Shown here piece after piece: positions 52,276-64,000 of a DNA stretch of 64,000 nt (positions are counted from its first letter, which is position 1; each line of letters starts with the position of its first letter). The stretch spans positions 1 through 64,000 of the forward strand of contig JAQGDQ010000544.1 of the NCBI GenBank assembly GCA_030141605.1, read 5' to 3'. This DNA comes from Tubiluchus corallicola. Its lineage: Eukaryota; Animalia; Priapulida. The translations under genes and the position numbers were made by a program. Below the pieces are notes generated by a model that ran no database searches, was not told where the DNA came from, and was given only the letters and a program-made list of their open reading frames with translations.

Positions 52276-54739
52276 GTGAGTAAATATTTCGACCAAAGGC
52301 GCAAATGCATTCTGTGGTGAGTGAAGCACAATATGATTCCCAAAGTTGAACATAAACAAAAGTTATAGCAGCACAAAGAACATGTTAAACTATTTGACAT
52401 AAAATAATGATAGCAATTATACAATGTGAAATATCATTCAGTGATTGCCTGGCTACACTGCTAATTGGCAAATGCGTTTGGTGCATAAAATTTAAACTAC
52501 GAGTGCAGTAGGAGTGCATAAAAAACAAGTAATAAAGTAAAAAATTATATTTGCTTCAGTAAAATACTCCTATCTAAAAAAACTACAGCACACTTTTAGA
52601 AATACAATCTCATATAAAATAATACGTATCATAGAGGTAACGTACACACGTATCTTGACATAAACACAAAACGATCTCTTGGTGCAATTAAAGATTCGAA
52701 GAGTACAATAATTTGTGTTTATATGTAAAGCAATATCGTGTATATACATATATAGCTTCAAAAAACAACACAAATATAAAACATTACAGATACTATACAA
52801 CATAAATATTAAAATGGTTTCTTTACCAAAACTGTCTCATTGGTATTTACATATTGTGTTTTGCGTTTATGATTATTATACTGTGGCCTGTGAGCGCCGT
52901 TTCAAACATTTCAAATCAAAATACTCTCTGACTTCGAATATTAAAATGTAATGTCTCATTCGTGAATTCATTTAGACAAATCCTGTTTTCTCATTGGTCA
53001 ACCCGTTTAAGTATCGTTTCTGATTGGTTGGTGTCAGCGTCCAGTCAATCCTATTCTGTGTTGGTGACCTGGGCACTTCACTGAGTTTACGGAAACTATG
53101 GTCGGTTTGTGTTGGAGTTCTGGTGATGTCAAGGCACGTCCATACGTAATTGTAATTTTAGATGATATAACTATAAATGTAAATATAAATATGACGGATT
53201 CGTGGATGGGTGATTAAACTAAATCTAAGTTTTAACATGTAAATTGAAATTTAGAATTTAATTTTATACAGAAAAGCTTAACTACCATCCATAAATGTGT
53301 CAGTGATATTTATATTTTTGTGCGTAGGTATGGATACCAAAATTGTTAAAGATTTTAGATGACATAATGTAAATATTAAGAATAATTACGTCCAATAGAC
53401 AAAAGTGTGAAATTGAACTAAAAAACGAAAGTAATTAATGCCTATTATTGTAATAATAGTATCAAAGGCCTATAATAGTAATCAAAATAATCTATGATTT
53501 TCCATTAGGTTCCCTAACATGACAGTTGAGTGGGGTGGCGTTGGGTAGCAAGTCGACCTAAGCTTGACTTAAGTGACTACCTTACATTGTACTTCCAGAA
53601 GAAGGCAAGGTTATTGTGCCAACGATCATTTCATTATGCAAAAAGGAGCCTGACTACAAAATGGCACCTTTTGTATGCATTATGTATTATTAACTAAACC
53701 CGCATAGAATTCTAACACATCAATCAAAACTCATACGCTAACACTTTACAACAAAAGTTTAACGAAGCTCTGATGTGAAAATGCATTGGGCCCTTTGATA
53801 ATTACATAAATTTTTAATGAACGATCATGGGCTCAATAAAAAAGCAAATGCCTAATGCATTAATTAAACGTAATTAAAATGACATTATGGGGCGCTTCGG
53901 GCGGGTAACCATGAAGATTATGTACGAGCTTTGATAAGGAAATTTCAATGATAGAGTGTATGCCGTACATATATTACTAATGTACTGTGTGTCTGTGTTG
54001 TGTTAATGTACATTCATGTATGAATAAATATTAAATAACTAACAAACTAAATAAATAATATCTATAGAATACAAAATATCGTAATATGGGCTAAAGTTAA
54101 CTATTTTATTGCTAATCGATATTGGGTTTTATTATATAAACGCGTTTTATCATTTAAAAAATATTTTATCGGTGGACTAATAATATCAGTCTGTCTAATA
54201 GTCTGACAACAAATTATTAATGCATAGACTAACAGAATAAGAATTAGGACTACATTTTCAAGGCTAACCTGCTAGCTGATAAGAACAAAATTATAATGAA
54301 ACTAAAATTACAAAATAATGAAAATTGAATAATATCGACAGAAATGAAATTAAGGGGTAACAATAAGTTTTCAAAAAATCCCTCATTTAAAAATTTAATA
54401 GCAATTACTCAACCATATGGCACTTTGATTACTGAGTCTACGCCTGCGTTTCATGAAATCTTTAATGGCATGAAACTTGGCTTCATAAGTTTACTGCAGC
54501 AATGTAGTAATAAGTTATTTTCTATACATAGTCATGCAGTAATTTTACATGCATTTAGAATCAGGTTACTAGCAAAAGGAGACCTCACAAAGTTTCAAAT
54601 GTCGACTCGGGAAAATTCTGAAGTACAAAGTGGGAGTTTACCACCTAATGCGTTCCGTAGATTTTGGCAATGAAGAAATTTTAGTGAATTATGAAACATC
54701 TTATACCTGTATGTTAACGTATGCGCTGATAATTGGTAT

Positions 54740-54895
54740 GCCACATCAAAAATGCCATGCAATGCCAAATGTCAAATAAGTATTAAACCAACGCCAAGTC
54801 TTACCGGTCTTCGTTTTGTTATAATGAAATGTCTTCCGCTCTATATATGGCTTCTGGCAATTTTTGCAAGAAGCTTAACTTATGCCATACACTTT
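54740..54895 (-). mobile_element. Possible Penelope GIY-YIG endonuclease remnant
   Basis: Minus: VYGIS*ASCKNCQKPYIE...GIAWHF resembles the VYxIxCxxCxxxYIG...IAxH pattern. Confidence 0.4.
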
Positions 54896-56669
54896 GATGG
54901 CTTCAATAGCAACCCCAATATGAACCCGCCTCCATAAAATTATTCCGATAAGGATCTTCTTTTCCGCACAAAAAGCTATTTACACTGGCCTCTCTAACCT
55001 CAGATCCTTAAAGAGATTTTACAGCAGCACTTTCACAATATCTGGCGAGGTCAGTTAAGCGTATTACGACGTGAAATAAATGTCACATCAAGTCAACGAT
55101 ATTTGATATCTGATGAAGAGCATTGCAATTCCGTCGGAAGCTTTATTCACAGCAGATGAAATGTGTCCAGAATCTCTTATAATCCGGTCTGAAGCAAGAA
55201 TCGTTTTGTTGGCAACCGATAAGCTTTTTACATTGACAAAGTTGTCTCTTTTTTAAGGTAGATGCAATTCGATAGATATTCATGTTAAGGCATTATCCCG
55301 GCTCCTTTCGAGCAAAAAGTCGGTTCGGTCATCCGCACAAACGTTAAACAATAATGAAAAGATGATGATTTAAATTGATTTGGTGGTAGTTTAGTTGCGC
55401 CCCTACATAATGCATTAATTTGAAAACTTAAGAATTACAAATATGTGTGATTTCCTCAATGGTCATTTAAGAGCCATTAATATTTACTCAGTGTAGAGTA
55501 AAGGCCATTAATAAGAAGGATCAAGATTTCATTGATTCGCCTAAAATGCACTCGAATTTTGTTTTTTTTGGGGGGAGGGGGTACTTTTATGGGCGCCCTC
55601 TAAAAACGGCTCCAATAAAAAAACTCAAGAGTAACCAACAGACTGTTAATGCATTACAGCATTCAAACTGTTTGTACGCGAAATGTCATATAAATCTCTG
55701 TCAACTCCCGGACTCACCAAGCGTAGAATTGTCTCACTTCGTTTATTACACAACTCAATTCGACTCAATTTAATTCAAAAAGTTTATTCATCTCCATACC
55801 TGATATGCTGATATGTTAATAGCTTATGTTAATCAACATAATTTGACTGGAGCGTTAAACTGAAGTCAACTATCGCATGAGGATTAATGAGCAAAAATTA
55901 TGACTGTGATTTTTCTGATATGGTGACAGCAAATGTTATAGCGGGGCGGGGGGGGGGTAATTACAAAATTTGATGTTGACTATGACTACACATGTAAACC
56001 TGCCCGTCACAGAAGTTAAACAAACCAAGTTTTTTCAACTAAGATTGATAACTTTATCAAAGGTTTTAGATAACCACATTCAGGCTGTCTGATGGAAGCG
56101 GGTGCGTGCCCTGATACAATTCAATTCAATTCAGCAATAATTTATTGATTCATCATGTGTCATAATCACATTAACAAATTTGAGATACAACATTATATCA
56201 TCAGTGAAAAAAACATTCCAGTGAAAATGACGGTTGTTTTTTGCAAAATTTTATGCCAAAGAGCCACAGGGCACAAACGTATTTTTATAACTGTATTAGA
56301 AAACAGCCTTTTTCAGTTATGAGTGGTTGGTATTTTGCAAGCTACATTAAAAACAGAGCAGTGACCAACGGTCTTATTCTTTTAAATGTAAAGATTGAAA
56401 ATACACTTTTACGATTTTGATTTAAAAATTGAAACGGATTTCGATAATCGTCACTAAACGAATATCATCACAAAAGTAATTGGATGATTTATACGACGAG
56501 TATCACGTTTTGTACCAGCCTTTGTAATGCTAAACGTGAAAAACCTTCTCAAAACAGAGATGAAAGAATAGTGAGCCAGTAAACGAGTCAGTAAAGTGCA
56601 GCTGTATCTTTCTAGTGGATGACCTAGCAAGAGTGACTGTTTACAATGCTGTCACAGGCTGTCTACTAT

Positions 56670-56745
56670 TAATGATGATAATAATAATGATAACAACAAC
56701 AACAAAAAATAAGAACAACAAGAACAACGACAACACCACTACTAT

Positions 56746-56813
<68 letters not shown>

Positions 56814-56886
56814 ATGATGATGATGATGATGATGATAATAATAATAATAATAATAATAATTATAATAATAATAATAATAATAATAA

Positions 56887-56917
<31 letters not shown>
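56670..56917. repeat. Compound trinucleotide microsatellite (AAC)(TAC)(GAT)(AAT)
   Basis: Seen directly. Confidence 0.97.
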
Positions 56918-56918
<1 letters not shown>

Positions 56919-59900
56919 CTATAATTATCTATACATTATCTCTGTTTTACGTCTAGCTCCTCTTGTAGGCATAACCTTGATAAAGGGTCAATTTCCGAGC
57001 ATGGGACCTGTCGTTGAACACTGGCTTCCTGGTTACAGGGTTAAGGAATTATATAAAAACATATTACATCTAGTATGCAAACTATATTATACGTATACAC
57101 TAACAACATCCACAATCACGAATTGCAAAGGTCAGCCAGCAAGGTGCGTACATTATTTTACTTTTACTCGTTGTAGATAGGAACTGCATGACCCACGAAG
57201 CTGGGAATAAACTTTGGTATCAACCCACCACTAACTAGATCAATTTCCATTTTAACTCCAACCTCATTCTTTAAATCAATTCATTGATTGATAAAACTGG
57301 CTTCAGTTGTGCAAATCGAAAGCGAGCAACAGAGGTAGAACTAAATATAGTTTGTTGCGTGACGCTCAGAGCCACAGCGGCTAATAGCGCAATTACATAT
57401 CCTACAGCTATTAGGTTATACGAGCAGGACACAATTAACATTGCTGCAGTAGTATAGGTCAAAAATGTCTACATGAATATGCAGTCATTGGATAGCATAG
57501 ACGAATACTACGTAGAAACGGCGCGCATCACTGAATATTGCTTGGAAACATAACTGTTGAAGGCACACAATACCGTAATCCGTTTAATCAAACATTTTTC
57601 TAATTTACATTTTTAGAACAATGAGACTTAGCCGAGCTCAAAGAAGAAAACCATAGGTAGGTAACTAAGGTAACCACTAATGTTATCCATCAAATTTTAG
57701 TCAATGATTCACGCACTGTCTACATAGTGTAAAACTTATTTGTGATCTGTAGGTCTACAACTTTCTCGTCAAATGTCTAAAAATAATAAAATACTTTCGC
57801 AACACAGTTTCACAGTTCGTGCAACACCCACAGTCAGAAACGGAATCCAATGAAGTAGCTTCGTTTATTATGAATGGCCCTGCATCAATTTCATAATTTC
57901 TGCTGCAGTACTTAGCTACCTATATTACTGATTCAACACAAGACAATAAGCATTGCTGCTTGTTGGTGATATTTCTTGTTTGCTATCACCACTAACATTA
58001 AATTAACAAATATATATAATATTGTGATTAATATGTGTTTATTTTGGGTTTCAACATAATAATATTTTACTACATAATAATATACTACACAAGGAACGAG
58101 GTTTTGAAATGCGAAACACAACCAATCTATTTTTACATTACCAATTTGTTTTTTTACTCGACCATTTTCTTTATGGTGAGGACCAAAAACAGTCTAAAAT
58201 TAGAAAACCATAAGTTTTTTGGATGTAACAAAAAGACTCTAAAGTCTGTTGTGAAACCAAATAAAATTCTTTAAAATCAAGTTTTCGGATTTCAAAAAAA
58301 TCCTCCATCAGGGTATTTGTACTTAATATCAAAGCTGAAATCGTTTCTAACTAACCACTGTTTTTGCAGCTTAAGCTAGATCATTGCTTCAAGCATTTTT
58401 TAATGATTTAGTTCGTATTCTAAGAAACACATGGCTAATTCGATGAAAGGATTCTTTTAAGATACGAAAGCTTGGACCTAAAGAATTTTATTGACTTTTA
58501 CAATAGAATTAGTGTGTTTTTGTTACACTCAAGTAGCTAAACTCAGAGGCTGTAGGCATATTTTTTATTTTTTTTTGCTTTCTTGCCAGATTTCGAGACC
58601 TAATCTCCTGTATTCTGGAGAGTTTTATATCTAGGTTACCCAATATACTACTACAGATTTACGATAGATGTAGATCTTTACAAATATGAACAAAGCTAGC
58701 TATAATGAGATCATTGATCAGCTTAAATGTTTTTATGCCGTATGCTATAGAACATTGATTGGATATTCACTTCCCAGTGCCTGCCTGTGCCATAATTATG
58801 GTAATTATCGATTTTCACTATGTCCGTAAAGGTGAAAGCTGCATAGTTAGCAAAATCGATAATTATTATTATTAACAGTTTGACAGATCAGTGCAAACAA
58901 ATTAACAATTTTCATTTTAGCCTTTTTAGACACGCAGATTAATTTTCGAGAGCTGTAGTCCATAGTATGTTCTAATCCTAAATTTTCCGAGTGTTTTTTT
59001 ATGAAAAAAATGTTAACTCTGGGAGGACCTTATTTTGCAACATGAAAAAAGACGAATTCAGTGATTGTGCAGGAAATTTGGCGTATTGGCTTCCTCTTGC
59101 TGTCTGCTTTGGCCACCTTCAAGCCTAATCACATGATCAGTTTGAACTGGGTCAAGTCGTCTACTGAATTTAGCTATGTTTAGACGTATCATGACGAGTT
59201 AATAGGATATTGTCGTTATGCGTCTACAATTGCTCATGATTTCGGGCTGATAACGTATGTATATCCTTTAATTACCTTCAAAAAACTGTTACTTAGTTAA
59301 ATTGTAAATTAGGTGTTAATTACTACGACACAGTAGCGTGTCACTCTAATTATTAAAATTGACCTTTTGGCATAAATTTTTTATTACGCTTAGATGGACT
59401 ATCACGTTTGAATTAAAGAAATTAACAATAGATATAGAGCATATTATATAATCCAGGCGTCCCGTCTTTATTTCGTCTTGAAAAACTAAACAGTGATCAT
59501 CAATTTCTTCCCGCCGTAAGCAGCCTTCTTTAGCATTAAATAGACATTCTAAAACAACATGGATTTTGCTCTTTCAATGAAAAGCTTTTTGTTATAGCCA
59601 CACCAACTGAAAACGGAGCAGGATTAGTTGCTAAAATGTTGGCCATGCGAAAACTTTTGTTAGCAGTTTGATCCACAAAAGTCGGTGATGACATGTCAAT
59701 ATTTAAGTTAAAATTTTTGTAAGTTGTAAGTTTTAAAAATACTCGAACGAAATTCCTTTTCGTTCTGCTTATTGTCATTTATATTCATATTTTTATTCAC
59801 TTAGTATGAGAAAGTTTGTTGTTCTTAATGTTTTTAAAAATCTCTCCCATCTGAACGTTTTAAATAATGTAGTATAACAGTATACTACCCATGCCTTGTG

Positions 59901-60600
59901 CATTTGTTTATATAGTTCATTTTATTTTGGCACCTGTTCAAGACAGATTTATGGTAGCGTTTAAGAAAGTAGTAGGCCTATTTTCTGGCTCTCTTCTGGC
60001 TGGTGACAGGAACACGTACCTCTTCGGATATTAAACGCCGAATAAGTTTATTCCATTAATAAATTGAGTGGGGAGAAAACACTTATGACACAATACAAAA
60101 TTTTACTTAGACATTAGCGCAAAGCGTGTCAAGTTGCAGGAAAATCACTGTGCTCAGGTTTTCAAGAAGTCACGCTATAAAACCTGTTTTCGTTATTTCT
60201 GAACATCAGGTTTCTGGACTTTTCCTGGAAACTTTTTATTTCACTATAATCCCCCTTGTCTTGAGCTATCAAAATGGCCTCACTCGTTAAGACATTCGTC
60301 TCGCGATGCTTTATGACGGAGAAAGATTGTGTTAGTAATTGACAATTTGATATTTCATCCTTCTGCTGGACTTGATATCCCTGGAGGCGCCAAGCTGTAT
60401 ATTATAAGCATCAAGTTTAGGGAAATTGCTTTTATTATGAGCGTCGCCATTCGTTGCCGAGTAGATTCTGGTGCTGGATGAGCTGTCTATTAGGAGTTAA
60501 TGGTGACAAATTGAATGCAGATTTCTTAACGACATGCAGCAGGAGACACAGGAAAATGTTGAATTACATACAATCTGACAAAAAACTATAGCACGGTTTG

Positions 60601-60737
60601 ACCAGACTGTTTAGTCTAGTGGTAACACGCCCGCTTTCCGTCAAGGAGGTCGTGAGTTCGACACAGCGGCCAGGTCATACCAATGACTTTAAATAAATAT
60701 TATTATTGTTGTTGTTATTATTATTACTATTATTATA
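60601..60737 (+). mobile_element. Truncated tRNA-derived SINE (MetaSINE-like)
   Basis: tagtctagtggtaacacgcccgctttcc..ggaggtcgtgagttcgacac..ggtcataccaatgactttaaa followed by a (TAT)n tail. Confidence 0.75.
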
Positions 60738-60770
60738 GCAGCTTTTCTGTTCTAAATTACCCATTTTAGG

Positions 60771-60978
60771 AATAAACCTTTTCACAGTTTCATTATACGC
60801 ACGCGCAGTTGCTGTTGGTCAAAGATTAAGTGAACCCAGCGCATCTTAACTACAAATGTCACGTGACCTTATGCACGTCACTAAGTGAAACGGGGTGAAA
60901 CAAAGTCTTAGTTGGTTTATTTAACCTTTGACTTTTTCACGATTATCATCAATCACTGGAAATGTGAAAAGGCTTATT
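60771..60978. mobile_element. MITE with bipartite IR (Harbinger/ISL2EU-like), copy 2
   Basis: aataaaccttttcaca ... tgtgaaaaggcttatt; inner gtcaaagattaa / ttaacctttgac. Confidence 0.75.
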
Positions 60979-61343
60979 GTACGGCTCTTACTTTAATTTT
61001 TAAAAATTGGATGAGGTCAATATCCGATATTGTAACGTGATTATACCGTTAAGTGCTTGCTGCGGTTATTTTTAAAAATTTTTTCAAAGCAGTTATTATG
61101 CCGTTAACAGGAAATGAAAGATCTATGCTTAAGAAATGATTCTGCATATGTCTAAATATGAAAATGTGTAAATGTAAATTTTAAAAATCTATAAATTTCT
61201 GTTAAAGTTTACCTAGTTGGTGTTCTCTTGCAAAGATACTCATTCTACATTAATGTAATATGTTACAATTTAAACAATTTTGTAATAATTTCACGCAATG
61301 AATTTCGCCACGTTTGTATATCTTCAATAAAAAAATAAATTAA

Positions 61344-61519
61344 CGGCGCATTCAGACTAGTAACTTTTCTGCTGCGAGTTTTCTCTCTGACAGCAAACTA
61401 ACAAGTTGAACTGCTTTGCGAGTTACTATCGGCAAGAAACTGCAAACTCCTTGACACTGATTGAACCGGTTTACTGGGCGAGTTAACTTAGCTAGAAATT
61501 TCTCTCGTCTGAACGGCCC
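61344..61519. mobile_element. PIF/Harbinger MITE with TAA TSD
   Basis: TAA|cggcgcattcagactag...ctcgtctgaacggccc|TAA. Confidence 0.7.
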
Positions 61520-62731
61520 TAAAAGTGCAGCGCGTGCGTGTTCGTGCGTGCGTGCAGTGAAGTGCATGTGCACGTGTCGAACTGAAAATCACGACACTCT
61601 GAAATTTTGAATACCTCAGGCTTCCTCTTCATGATTATTGAGCCGCAACCATCATATCATTGCTACTGGCGAATCCGGCCGCTAAGCAAAGCTCTTCTTA
61701 TAACAAACACTAAAAACTCTGACAGCGGCATCTAGCGGAGAGAAAACATTATAAAGTTATGATGCTTGGTGTAATGACTGTTACTGACTTGGGCAGCGTT
61801 AATTAGCAGTCTCGTAACATCCCATTTTCTCATGGAGCTGCCATTTCAGCTTCTAGAAGATCAATAGAGTGCAAATATTTGCTGCGTACCTGATGCCGAC
61901 CAGAGAATGGTTTTTGTAATTGATAAATTACATTCGGCCAGTATTAGCATTATTATCTGCTTGCTGCAAAGATTTAGAGTTACAGATACGGCTATAATGA
62001 TTCCCTGTATAAAATGTTCTTTCGTCCAAATTACGCAAGAGTTACGCGCATTATGCAAATCAAGAGTAAACTCGATGCCATTAGTGAAAGTGCCTCGGTG
62101 AAAAGCGTTATGCGCGTGAAAAGAAAACCGCGCAAAGGCTGTTGGAGAATAAACCATTAATATCATTTAAAATTTATCGAATTTGCTGTACCACCTATAA
62201 ATTTTACTCTTAATTGCAAGATGTAGTGCAGCGTTATGCATTTGGTTTTTGTTGGCTTTATGGACGGTAAAAACAAGTTTTTGATAAAAACTTTTTTTCT
62301 CTACCAGAATTCAGTTATTCGGCAAACTATTGTGGTCTATATATAGATCTCCTTGACACACTATAAACTATTGATGTTCAACTGCTGCTTAATTGGCTGA
62401 AGTCTTAAGGATGATACAGAGATTTATTCAATTGAATTTACCAAGCGATTTTTTCCCCGTTCGTAAAAAAATGTTTTCGAACTTTTTGTCAAGAAAAATC
62501 TTATGAATGGAATTTCACAGTGACATCGTTGACAAAATTTAGAAAGTCAGTTTTGCGAAGTGACGTGCTGCAGCGAACAAACATTCATGACGCCCTGAAC
62601 AAGCAGGTGAAATTTGCTAAAGCTCCGAATTTAAGAAACTTTCATACCAATAGTCTTAACGACCTTGCGGACTAATTCAACTATTGTTCATTTAGCTGTG
62701 CATAGATAGAGTTAAACATAGATAGAGATAA

Positions 62732-63340
62732 AGCAAAACCAGAGCCAATCTTAAACCGTAGTTCAGCCAACCTACTCTTTAGAATATCGAAAGGAAACAT
62801 ACTGTTTTTTCAAGAATGACTTACGTGGAAGAATTATTACCACCAAAACACAATTTCACTAGTTCTTTGCTGTTACACGCATTTCGTCTTTCGTTAGTTA
62901 TACGGGCACTAGTGTCTGCATTTCGGAAACGCATTGCATAAAAAACAGATGCTGTACCTCTCTGTTCAGATATGTTAGTTTGTGATGAACTACGCACGTT
63001 CCACAGCGTATGCGTGAGCACAGCGTGAAATTTGAAAATTGACTTTTTATCTTGAAACTTGCCTAGTTTTACTACCACATAGTGAATAGCTTACAGTAGC
63101 ACTGTACTTCAATTTCCGTTTTCGCAGACATGTGCAACACGCTCGTGGAATATTTTTGCTGTTGAAAATTAATTAGGTTAGTTTGTGATGCCATCAACAG
63201 TTGGGCTCGCCCACCGTTAATTAAGTTTTTAATCTGTTATTTAATTATCAGAAACGCTTTGCAGTATTAATTGTGTTAAAATGTAGACTTTTATCGGACT
63301 TGAAAATGGCTTTGTACATGGAAAATGATCCTGTCTGTCT
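62732..63340 (-). mobile_element. Kolobok-like element, copy 7
   Basis: ataa|AGCAAAACCAGA ... atcctgtctgtct|TTAA. Confidence 0.85.
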
Positions 63341-64000
63341 TTAAGTAAACCTTACATTACCAAATTAATATTGGTCCAAAAAGAACACTTATTAAGGTAC
63401 TCATTTTATATCAGTCTTGTGTTTAAGTTGTATACTGAAAACAATAATAAATATGCTTTACGTAAACAACATCCTAGCGTTCACAAGTGGTTTGGTCTTT
63501 TTGTACATGCCGTTTCACCCTATTTCATATTTATGTAGTTATACAGACAACGTCAGTAATGATGTCATCACATACGTCGCGAACGCGAGCTAGAATTTGT
63601 TAGTTTTTATTACTATTTTGTAAATATGCGTAATTTTAACCTTAGTAAAAAGTTGTAATTTTAGATATAGTTGAGAAGGCGGTTACCGGGAGACTGAAAT
63701 CTTTGTTTACGTTCATTTCAGCGTTTCGGGAAGTGGAAAATGATTACCAATTGAATTTCGCTACCAACAGAAAACAAGAACGACAGATTAAAATATTCGC
63801 ATAGTTATTCAAAGATTTAACATATACATTTGTATTTTATGGTATTTGCAGTGATTGATATTAGACAGAAGAGAACAATGGAAATGGAAATGTTATGATT
63901 AAATACAGCTAATGCTACATTATTAAAGTTAAAGCCGTTGCTACATTGTGAGCGTGTTACATATAAATGACCATGAGTGAAAAGAGCCACGATTATAAGA

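Noticed and set aside
54344-54673. 109-aa ORF
   Set aside because: No recognisable motif or splice support; compatible with chance.
61861-62166. 101-aa minus-strand ORF
   Set aside because: No recognisable domain; cannot be supported from sequence alone.

Overview
AT-rich, repeat-dense, gene-poor eukaryotic DNA, most consistent with intergenic or intronic sequence of an invertebrate animal (inferred from TTAGGG-type repeats, tRNA-derived SINEs, RTE/RTE-X/CR1 LINE fossils, Penelope traces, many MITEs and microsatellites). I found no intact recognisable gene, rRNA, true tRNA or CRISPR array, and most ORF-track entries are microsatellite or chance frames. Well supported: a ~1.8 kb decayed non-LTR retrotransposon (1249-3022) plus other LINE fragments; seven copies of a ~0.6 kb TTAA-flanked Kolobok-like element; three copies of a MITE carrying an internal telomere-like array (two with exact 9-bp TSDs); 38-bp and 50-bp minisatellites; and a 93-unit pentanucleotide array that changes almost only by transitions. 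Less certain: an ankyrin-repeat pseudogene (7.9-9.3 kb), a candidate coiled-coil gene with ~30-nt introns (50.6-52.3 kb), two decayed hammerhead-ribozyme motifs and two 5S-derived heads. I cannot demonstrate a novel multi-gene system. All family calls come from manual motif reading without database searches.
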